Source: Candidatus Lambdaproteobacteria bacterium (GTDB lineage: Bacteria > SAR324 > JACQKK01). From it: a stretch of 48,466 bases of DNA. The notes under the pieces were generated by a model. It was not told the DNA's origin. It ran no database searches and was given only the letters and a program-made list of their open reading frames with translations. The translations under genes and the position numbers were made by a program. The stretch covers positions 1 to 48,466 of the forward strand of contig JACQHH010000159.1 of assembly GCA_016199125.1 (NCBI GenBank). The letters run 5' to 3'. The stretch's first letter is position 1. Every line of letters starts with the position of its first letter. This document shows positions 27,749 to 35,306 of this stretch, one piece after another.

Positions 27749-28771
27749 CTAGTGCGACGCGTTGTACTCGTCCACCAGGCGCTTGGCCTTGAGGTAGATC
27801 GGGCGCGTGTCGGCGGGCAGGCGTGCGGCCCATTCCTCGACGATGGGCGAGGACATGCTCATGATCCTTTTGCGGTCGGCGGCGGGCACCACGTTCGCCT
27901 TCATGCCCGTGCCTTCCAGCAGGCTGCGGCCCTTCTTGGTGCCGTCCAGGCTGCTCTCACGCAGGCGCTTGCTGTGCAGATCGCGCAAGCCCATGAACTC
28001 CTGACGCACGTTGGCCGGCAGGCCGTCCAGCGCCTTCTCGCTGACCATGACGAAGTAGCCGGCGCCGGCATTGTTGAGGTCGAAGATGTAGCGGGTCACC
28101 TCGTGAAACTTGAAGGCGTACTGCGCTGAGTCCGGGAACCAGTTGCCATCCACCAGGCCCTGCTGCAGGGCGGTGTAGATCTCGGCCGCTTCCACCGGCA
28201 CCGGCGTGGCGCCCAGTGCCCGCGTAAAGCTGGTTTCCACCGGGCCCATGGAGCGGATCTTCACGCCCTTCAGCTCGTCCAGGCTCTTGATCGGCCGCTT
28301 GGTGTAGATCATGCGCGGCTCGACCTGCAACATGGTCATCAGCCAGATGCCGTGCTTCTTGTGCAGCATCTCGGCGAAATCCGGATACATGGCGTCCCAC
28401 AGCTTGGTGCGGAACTCGAAGTCCCAGGGCACGAACATGGGCAGGTCGAACAGCTCCATGATCTGCTCCTGGCCGGCCACGTGCGAGCCCCACACGCCGG
28501 CCATCTGCATGACGTTGGCGGTGACATTGTTCATGGCATCGGCGCCGGTGCTCAAGGTCGAGCCCGGGAAGACCGTGACTTTCAGCGCGCCATTGGTGGC
28601 CTTGGTCACGTCTTCGGTAAGCTTCACGGCGTTGCCGGCGGTCCAGTAGCCCGTGCCGGTGACGTGTCCGTCGGCCCAACCGATGGGTGCGGCGAAGGTG
28701 GTGGCAGTCAGCGAAAACACAAGGAGTACCGCGCAAACCACGGTACCTGTAACGGCGATTGTCCGGGACAT
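27749..28771 (-). CDS. TRAP transporter substrate-binding protein (DctP family)
   Basis: ATG 28769-28771 preceded by GGAGAA. Signal peptide MSRTIAVTGTVVCAVLLVFSLTATTFA. Also LKGVKIRSMGPVETSFTRALGATPVPV...EIYTALQQGLVDG. Confidence 0.85.
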   Translation of the reverse strand: MSRTIAVTGTVVCAVLLVFSLTATTFAAPIGWADGHVTGTGYWTAGNAVKLTEDVTKATNGALKVTVFPGSTLSTGADAMNNVTANVMQMAGVWGSHVAGQEQIMELFDLPMFVPWDFEFRTKLWDAMYPDFAEMLHKKHGIWLMTMLQVEPRMIYTKRPIKSLDELKGVKIRSMGPVETSFTRALGATPVPVEAAEIYTALQQGLVDGNWFPDSAQYAFKFHEVTRYIFDLNNAGAGYFVMVSEKALDGLPANVRQEFMGLRDLHSKRLRESSLDGTKKGRSLLEGTGMKANVVPAADRKRIMSMSSPIVEEWAARLPADTRPIYLKAKRLVDEYNASH

Positions 28772-29090
28772 TGCATTCTCCAAGCTGGTGAGCGCCGCGG
28801 GCGTTGCGAAATCCAGATGGAGACGGCTCCCCCCCCATCTGTGACGTCCTGATTCTCGTCGTGCGTTAGCACGGGTCTCGGGACGGAGTCCAGATGAAAA
28901 CGAGAGTCATTGGCGTATCGAACACACACGCGCACTCCCCGCGGGCAGGCGCATTGCCGCACCGGCCGGGTGTTCTCCGCCAGTGCGACGGTGGCCGGGA
29001 CATGAGGCGCCGGGCCAACGCGGAGGCACGGTTGGCCGGGGCGCTGCACGCGGGATCGGGTCTGCGCAGGGTGAGCCGCCGACCAAGGCC

Positions 29091-30197
29091 CTAGCGTTCC
29101 AGCTCCAGCGCCGTGTAGTCCAGGTTGGCGCCAGCGCCTGCCCGCACCAGCGCGGCGCCGTGGCGGAAGCGGCCCAGCACGTCCGAGCGAATCTCCACGC
29201 GCCAGCCGGGCCTGAGCACCTTGGCCTCCGCGCCGGGGACGATGTTGGTGCCCGTGGAGAAGAGTTCTCCGGGATAGAGCGGATTGTGCGAGGCGGCCTG
29301 GGCCACCAGCGCGTGCAGGGGCAGGCCGATGAGGCGCGAATCCGCGTCGGCGCGGAACATGTGGCGCCCCACATCGTCCCGGATGTCCACGCCGAAGGTG
29401 ATGCCCGGGTTGTCCTGTTCATCGGAAAGCCACAGCCAGGGGCCGATGCCCATGCAGGCCGCGAAATACTTGGCCTGGAACAGGTACAGCAGCGATTCGT
29501 TTTCCAGGTTGTTGCCCGAGGTGTCATTGGCCAGCGTATAGCCCAGGATGCGGCCGTCCGAGTAGGTCACCGCGGCCAGTTCGGGCTCGATCCCGGCCAG
29601 CACCGTCTCCCGCGGCTTGGACCGGCCCGCGACGTCCTCGCTGTTGGTCAGGTCGCTGCGCAACCCCATGTTGCCGTTGGGGCCGTAAAAGTGGCTGGGC
29701 CGCGTGCCCTTGATGAAGATTTCCGCGCGCTCCCCACGGCGCTTGCCGCTGAGGTAGACATAGCGGTAATCGGCCTTGCGCCCTTCCGCCTCGCGTTCCA
29801 GGGCCGAGTTCTCGTAGGTCACGCCAAAGGCCTGGGCACGCAGGGGAATGATGCAGGCCAACAGGTGTGACGCCTCCGGTCGCGGCGCGATGTCCAGGGC
29901 GTTCTCGTCCAGGGGCTCGCCGGCGGTCTGGGCGCGCGCCCACACGGGCTCCAGCAACTCGCTCAGGCGCTGCCCGGCTGCCTCGGCCTGCACGATGGCT
30001 TGCACTGTGGGGAAGGGGGTGTGCTCCAGCAGCAGCGCCACGCCGGGGGCGCCCGCCAGCCGTTCGCGCACCGCGGCGCGCAGGCTGGCGTAGGGCAGGT
30101 GCGGCGTCAGGTCGTGCACCACGCCCTGGCCCTTGCCCAGCAGATGCACCTGCCGCGTGCGGGCGTTCCAGTATTGTCCGAGGTAATCCAGGGTCAC
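29091..30197 (-). CDS. Fumarylacetoacetate hydrolase (FAH) superfamily protein, specific reaction unknown
   Basis: GTG 30195-30197 (VTLDYLGQYWN...). The C-terminal half has FAH-like blocks IFIKG, EPELAAV, GYTLANDTSGNNLE and QAKYFAACMGIGPWL. The start is uncertain. Confidence 0.65.
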   Translation of the reverse strand: MTLDYLGQYWNARTRQVHLLGKGQGVVHDLTPHLPYASLRAAVRERLAGAPGVALLLEHTPFPTVQAIVQAEAAGQRLSELLEPVWARAQTAGEPLDENALDIAPRPEASHLLACIIPLRAQAFGVTYENSALEREAEGRKADYRYVYLSGKRRGERAEIFIKGTRPSHFYGPNGNMGLRSDLTNSEDVAGRSKPRETVLAGIEPELAAVTYSDGRILGYTLANDTSGNNLENESLLYLFQAKYFAACMGIGPWLWLSDEQDNPGITFGVDIRDDVGRHMFRADADSRLIGLPLHALVAQAASHNPLYPGELFSTGTNIVPGAEAKVLRPGWRVEIRSDVLGRFRHGAALVRAGAGANLDYTALELER

Positions 30198-30321
30198 GAG
30201 GCATTCCCCACGTGCGATGCGTCGCGCAGGCCGCTCCGCACCGGCGGCGCGGTGTGTCAAAGAGCGGCAGGCGGCCTGCGGCCCATGACGGCGCCGCGGC
30301 CGGCCTGGGCGTCGGTGGGCA

Positions 30322-31974
30322 TCAGGTGGAGTAGGACGCGAAGGCGACCGTGCCCGCGCGGGCCCGATAGTCGGTCTTGACGTTGACCAAGGCCACGCGT
30401 CCCTGCTCCACCTGGGTCTGCGCGCGGCGCAGAGCGGGGCCGATCTCTTCGGGCCGCTCCACGTATTCGCCGTAGCAGCCCAGCCCTTCGGCCATCTTGT
30501 CGTAGCGCGTGTAGCCCAGGTTCCGGCCGGGCTTCTCCCCGGTGGGGTCGGCGGTCCAGCCGCCATTGAGCGAGACGATCACCAGCACGGGAATCTTGTG
30601 CCGCACGGCCGTGTCCAGCTCCATGGCGTTGAGGCCGAAGGAGCCGTCGCCGTGCACCACGATGACCTGTTTGTCCGGCCGGGCCACCTTGGCTCCCAGC
30701 CCGAAGGGCAGGCCCACGCCCATGGTGCCGAAGGGTCCGGAGTTCAGCCGGTGCCCCGGCACGAACGTGGGCATGGACTGCCGGCCATAGTTGAGGATCT
30801 CCTGCCCGTCCACGACCAGGATCGCGTCGCGCTGCATGAAGTTCTTCACCTCTTCGCACAGCCGCAGGGGATGGATGGGCTGCTCGTTGGAGGTGGCCGG
30901 CCCATTGGGCGCTGCGCGCTTGGCTGCGTCGCCCGTGGAGAGCTTCTTGCGCCAGGCGGCGTAGCGGTCGGAATTCACGCTGTCGCTCATGCCTTCCAGC
31001 ACCTGCTGCAGCACCATCTTGCAATCGCCCACGATGCCGATGTCCACCTTGCGCGGCGAGGAGGCGATCTCGTCCGCGTCGATGTCGATGCGCGCGATCT
31101 TGGCCTTGGCCGCGAAGCGCGGCGGCTCGGCATGGCCGATGATGTAGTTCATGCGCGTGCCCACGATGAGGATCAGGTCCGCATCGCGGAAGGCCGCCGA
31201 GCGCATGGTGAGATAGGAGAGTTCATGGTCGTCCGGCAGCACGCCGCGTCCCTGGGGCGTGGTGTAGAAGGGAATGCCCGCGCGCTCCACCAGGGCCCGC
31301 AACTCGTCCCACGCCTGGGACCACAGCACGCCGCTGCCGGAGAGGATGATGGGCTGGCGTGCCCCGGCCAGCGCGGCGATGAGCTCGTCGATGCGTCCCT
31401 GCTCGCCCATGGGCCGCGCGCCCAGCAGCGGCCGCCCGCTGAGGCTCCAGTTCACCTGTTCCTCGGGAATTTCCTGGTAGAGAATGTCGCCCGGGAAATC
31501 CAGGTACACCGGACCGGGCTTGCCGCTCATGGCTTTCTGAAAGGCCGCGTTGACCTGCTCGGGAATGCGCTTGAGATTGTAAATCCGGTCGGCCCACTTG
31601 GTGCAGCCCTTCATGATGGCGAGCTGGTCGATTTCCTGAAACTGCTGCCGGCCGACCTGGCTGATGGCGCTGGAGCCGCCGATGGCCACCACCGGGGCGC
31701 AGTCGATGAGCGCGTTGGCGATGCCCGTGGTGAGGTTGATCACGCCCGGGCCGCTGGCCGCCATGCACACGCTGGGCTTTTGCAGCAGGCGGCTGTAGGC
31801 CTGGCCCATGAACGCCGCGGCCTGCTCGTGCCGGACATCGATGGGGCGGATGCCCTCCTTGATGCAGCAAGCCTCGGCCAGCAGCATGGGCCCGCCCATG
31901 AGGAAGAACAGCACATCGGTTCCTTCGTTTCTCAGGGCGCGCGCCAGGATGGCCGAGCCGGTGATGTTTGCCAT
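30322..31974 (-). CDS. Thiamine-diphosphate enzyme of the oxalyl-CoA decarboxylase / 2-hydroxyacyl-CoA lyase / acetolactate synthase family
   Basis: ATG 31972-31974 (MANITGSAILARALRNEGTDVLFFLMGGP...). RHEQAAAFMGQAYS, GGSSAISQVGRQQFQEIDQ (Oxc/HACL-like rather than ALS-like). ThDP motif GDGSFGLNAMELDTAVRHKIPVLVIVSLNGGW. 550 aa. Confidence 0.8.
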   Translation of the reverse strand: MANITGSAILARALRNEGTDVLFFLMGGPMLLAEACCIKEGIRPIDVRHEQAAAFMGQAYSRLLQKPSVCMAASGPGVINLTTGIANALIDCAPVVAIGGSSAISQVGRQQFQEIDQLAIMKGCTKWADRIYNLKRIPEQVNAAFQKAMSGKPGPVYLDFPGDILYQEIPEEQVNWSLSGRPLLGARPMGEQGRIDELIAALAGARQPIILSGSGVLWSQAWDELRALVERAGIPFYTTPQGRGVLPDDHELSYLTMRSAAFRDADLILIVGTRMNYIIGHAEPPRFAAKAKIARIDIDADEIASSPRKVDIGIVGDCKMVLQQVLEGMSDSVNSDRYAAWRKKLSTGDAAKRAAPNGPATSNEQPIHPLRLCEEVKNFMQRDAILVVDGQEILNYGRQSMPTFVPGHRLNSGPFGTMGVGLPFGLGAKVARPDKQVIVVHGDGSFGLNAMELDTAVRHKIPVLVIVSLNGGWTADPTGEKPGRNLGYTRYDKMAEGLGCYGEYVERPEEIGPALRRAQTQVEQGRVALVNVKTDYRARAGTVAFASYST

Positions 31975-32102
31975 GGGTCTTGCTCCTTTCAGTCCGATGA
32001 AGGTGTGGTCCTGCCGGTATGGCATGTCGTCCCCCCGCAGGGGGCTGTGCGTTGCCATCGCAGCCGGCGACGCAACGCGGGAACCGTCCGGGTGCAGTGC
32101 GC

Positions 32103-33335
32103 CTAGATCACCTCCTGCGCGTGCAGGTCGGCGACCGCCGCGGCATTGAGCCCCAGCCACTCGCCCAGCACCTGGTCGGTGTGCTGGCCCAGCAGCGGCG
32201 AGGGCCTGACGGGCAGCGCGGCACCGTCCAGGCGCACGGGCCAGGCCGGCATCTTGAACGCGCCGAAGTCGGGGTGCTGAATCACCTGCATTACGCCGCG
32301 GCGCTCGAAGTCGGGTTGGTCGCGCAATTCCAGGGTATCCAGCACCGCCCCGGCCGGAATGCCGGCGGCGCCCAGGATGCGCATGGCCTCGTATTTGTCG
32401 CGCTGCCGCGTCCAGCCGCCGACCATGGCGTGCACCTCGTCGGCGTGTTCCATGCGGGCCTCCACGGTGTCGTAGCGCGGATCGCCGATGAGGTCGGCAC
32501 GGCCGATCACCTCCAGCACGCGGCGCCAGTGGGCCGGGTTGGCGCGGCTGGTGTAGACGTACACATAGTCGTTGGGTCCGCCGGGGGTGCAGGGGTAGAT
32601 GCCGCCCGGCGCCACCTGGGCCGAGATCACGTTGGCCCCCACCCGCGGCGCCGCCTCGCCCGTGCGCGCCGTGAGCGCGAAGGCCACGCGGATGTAGTGC
32701 AGCATGGCGTCCTGCATGGCCACGTCCAGCCGCGCGCCGCGGCCCGTGGCCGCACGACGATAGAGCGCGCCCAGGATGCTGATGGCCAGCAGCATGCCCG
32801 TGCCCGTGTCGCCCAGGGTGGCGCCGGGTTTCACGGGCGGACCGCCCGGCGCCCCGGTGATGCTCATCACCCCGCCCGCGGCCTGGGCGATCATGTCGAA
32901 GGAAAGATTGCGCTCGTAGGGGCTGCCCTCGCCAAAGCCCTTGACCTGGGCGTACACGATGGATGGGTTCAGCGCGCGCAGCACGTCGTAGCCCAGGCCC
33001 AGGCGCTCGATGGCGCCAGGGGCGAAATTCTCCACGAACACGTCCGCCTTGGCGGCCATGTCCTTGACCAGCGCCAAGCCGCGCGGGGACTTGAGATTGA
33101 CGGTGAGCGACTTCTTGTTGGCGTTGAAGAGCAGGAAATAGGGCGAATCCGCGCCGTCCGAGCCGACGATGGACTTGCGGCCCGGATCGCCGCCCTGGGG
33201 ATTTTCCACCTTCACCACTTCCGCGCCCAGCCACGCCAGCGCCTCGGTGCAGGAGGGCCCGGCCTCGAACTGGGTCAGGTCCAGCACGCGCACGCCGGCC
33301 AGGCAGCCCTGGGCGCCGTTGCTCTCATCCGTCAT
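32103..33335 (-). CDS. frc: Family III CoA-transferase, formyl-CoA transferase (Frc)-like
   Basis: ATG 33333-33335 after GGGAGG. It matches Frc as I remember it: VLDLTQFEAGPSCTEALAWLGAEVVKVE, VENFAPGAIERLGL, GDTGTGMLLA (Frc GDSNSGMHL, catalytic Asp), GRGARLDVAMQDAMLHYIRV, and the C-terminal LGQHTDQVLGEWLGL...DLHAQEVI (Frc ...ELHAKQVV). Confidence 0.7.
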   Translation of the reverse strand: MTDESNGAQGCLAGVRVLDLTQFEAGPSCTEALAWLGAEVVKVENPQGGDPGRKSIVGSDGADSPYFLLFNANKKSLTVNLKSPRGLALVKDMAAKADVFVENFAPGAIERLGLGYDVLRALNPSIVYAQVKGFGEGSPYERNLSFDMIAQAAGGVMSITGAPGGPPVKPGATLGDTGTGMLLAISILGALYRRAATGRGARLDVAMQDAMLHYIRVAFALTARTGEAAPRVGANVISAQVAPGGIYPCTPGGPNDYVYVYTSRANPAHWRRVLEVIGRADLIGDPRYDTVEARMEHADEVHAMVGGWTRQRDKYEAMRILGAAGIPAGAVLDTLELRDQPDFERRGVMQVIQHPDFGAFKMPAWPVRLDGAALPVRPSPLLGQHTDQVLGEWLGLNAAAVADLHAQEVI

Positions 33336-33612
33336 TTCTCGTGCCTCCCGATTGGTTGCCGCGGCCGCCGTCCTGCGGACCTGGGCCGCTCGTTCCCTGC
33401 GCATCCCGACTGTCCCAGGGGACGGGGTCTGCCCCTGGGCATGCCGTCCGTCCCCGCGTCCGGCCGGGGCCCGCGGGTGTGTTACCGCCGCATCCGCTGT
33501 GCTCCGGCGCACTTGACAAGACCGGCCCACCGTAGCCCAATGGCCTCATACTTGGCACGTGTGCGCAACGGTGGTGCCGCGGCTGTTTTATCGCGAGAGG
33601 GAGGGAAGCACC

Positions 33613-34524
33613 ATGGGTATTTCGGTTTCGCCCATCACGCCGGACTTCGTGGCGGAGATCGGGGATGTGGACCTGTCCCGGCCGCTGGCTCCGGACGACT
33701 TGGCCGCCGTCAAGCAGGCGTTCTGGACCTACGCCGTGCTGATCTTTCCCGAGCAGCGCCTGAGCGCCGAGCAGCACCTGGATTTCGCCCGCCAGTTCGG
33801 GCCGCTGGAGGCGCCTTCCAACGTGGGCAAGAGCGGCAAGAAGCTGCGCCTGCGCCCGGAGCTGGCCGACGTGTCCAACCTGGACCACGAGGGCTCCATT
33901 CTGGCGCGGGAGAACTTCCTCACGGCCTTCCAGATGGGCAACCGGCTGTGGCACACCGACGCCTCGTTCCGTCGCACGCCCTCGCTGTGCTCGCTGCTCT
34001 ATGCCCAGGTGGTGCCGCCCATCGGGGGCCACACCGAATTCGCCGACCAGCGCGCGGCCTACGACGCCCTGCCCGAGGCGCTGCGCCGGCAAATCCAGGG
34101 CCGCGTGGCGGAGCATTCCATCTTCATCTCGCGCGGGCGCATGGGGCTGACCGAATTCGATCCGGAAGACCTGCGGCGCCTGCCGCCGGTGCCCCAGGCG
34201 CTGGTGCGCACCATCCCCCAGACCGGCCGCAAGTCGCTCTATGTGGCGGCGCATGCGGGGCGCATCTTCGGCATGCCCGAGGCTGAAGGCCGCGCCCTCA
34301 TCGACCGGCTCATCGCCCACGCCACCCGGCGCGAATTCGTCTACACGCACCGCTGGCGCGAGCGCGACCTGGTCATGTGGGACAACCGCTGCACCCTGCA
34401 CCGCGGCACGGCCTTCGACGACGCCCGCTTCAAGCGCGACCTGCAGCGCGCCACCGTTTCCGACGTGGCCAACTCCTGCGAGCAGGAAGGCATCCCCCTG
34501 CCCGATACGCGCCAGGCCGGCTGA
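33613..34524 (+). CDS. Fe(II)/2-oxoglutarate dioxygenase, TauD/TfdA family
   Basis: ATG 33613 after GAGGGAGGGAAG. FxxEIxxVDLS-type N-terminus (FVAEIGDVDLSRPL), HxD facial-triad motif in LWHTDASF, and C-terminal WDNRCTLHRGT. Confidence 0.85.
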   Translation: MGISVSPITPDFVAEIGDVDLSRPLAPDDLAAVKQAFWTYAVLIFPEQRLSAEQHLDFARQFGPLEAPSNVGKSGKKLRLRPELADVSNLDHEGSILARENFLTAFQMGNRLWHTDASFRRTPSLCSLLYAQVVPPIGGHTEFADQRAAYDALPEALRRQIQGRVAEHSIFISRGRMGLTEFDPEDLRRLPPVPQALVRTIPQTGRKSLYVAAHAGRIFGMPEAEGRALIDRLIAHATRREFVYTHRWRERDLVMWDNRCTLHRGTAFDDARFKRDLQRATVSDVANSCEQEGIPLPDTRQAG

Positions 34525-34541
34525 GCCCCGTGGCGCGGTGG

Positions 34542-34560
34542 GCACCAGCCTGGCTGGTGC
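34542..34560. terminator. 8-bp stem hairpin between convergent genes
   Basis: GCACCAGC (34542-34549) / CTG / GCTGGTGC (34553-34560). It abuts the stop of the minus-strand membrane-protein gene. No clear U-tract. Confidence 0.3.
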
Positions 34561-34965
34561 TCATGCCGCCGGCTGCCGTGGCCCCGCCAGGCGGGCGGTG
34601 AGATACGTCGCGGCACCGATGAGCAGCAGCGGCAGCCACACCCCGGCGACGCTCGTGAACATGGCGAAGCTGCGTTGGATCAGCAGCGCCGCCACGAACA
34701 CGTCCAGCACCACCACGATGGCCAGGAACAGCAGCGCCGTTTGCATGGGGCCGGTGTAGGCGAACCGGCGCGCATACACCCACGTGATCGCGATGAAGAA
34801 CAGCGGCGCCGCCCCCAGGTGCGCCAGCATGGCGTTGGACAATGTGGTGACCGCCATGCCGATGCCCATGGTGGCTCCGCACAGGGCCCATCCCACGGCT
34901 GCATGCAGCGCGACGATGGCGAAGGATTTCAGGGTCACGCTCACCTCGCACGCCGAATTTCCCAC
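34561..34965 (-). CDS. Small hypothetical integral membrane protein (about 4 TM)
   Basis: 134 aa. Hydrophobic spans FAIVALHAAVGWALCGATMGIGMAV, GAAPLFFIAITWVYA, ALLFLAIVVVLDVFVAALLI and VAGVWLPLLLIGAATYL. No family recognised. Confidence 0.55.
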   Translation of the reverse strand: MGNSACEVSVTLKSFAIVALHAAVGWALCGATMGIGMAVTTLSNAMLAHLGAAPLFFIAITWVYARRFAYTGPMQTALLFLAIVVVLDVFVAALLIQRSFAMFTSVAGVWLPLLLIGAATYLTARLAGPRQPAA

Positions 34966-35306
34966 GTCCGTCCTGAGGCATTTATTTTAGCGGAAAATCG
35001 CCGCCCCCGTCCCGCTCTCCCAGGACACGCCGGTGACCTGCCCGCCCCCGCGGCTTGACAAGATGGTGGATCTTCCCTCCCCTGACGTCCTTGCGGGGGC
35101 ATCCGCTGCACTCGGACCACGGGGTATTTGAGCGCCCAAAGCTGGGCTATACTTAAGAAGGGTCACGTCATGCAGCCGCCGAGCTCCGGGGTGGGCGGGC
35201 TGCGCAGCGGGGTGCGGGGACCGACTTGAGCCCGCTGCCCGCAAGGCTGAATCTGTCGGCTGTTGCCCACGCTCGACGGCAACAGCGTATCCGGAGAACA
35301 AAGGCT

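Noticed and set aside
30322-33234. 970-aa minus-strand ORF apparently fusing the ThDP enzyme to something upstream
   Set aside because: The family-typical N-terminus starts at MANITGSAIL (ATG 31974). The upstream part overlaps the frc-like gene in a different frame and has low-complexity Arg/Gly/Ala/Pro composition.
33553-33568. Sigma-54-like -24/-12 element TGGCACGTGTGCGCAA upstream of the TfdA/TauD gene (a similar TGGCGGTTGTCTGCA lies at 15837-15851 upstream of the CBS gene)
   Set aside because: In both cases the GG-to-GC distance is one nucleotide shorter than the canonical TGGCAC-N5-TTGC spacing. No enhancer-binding protein gene is present in the window. I kept this only as a note.
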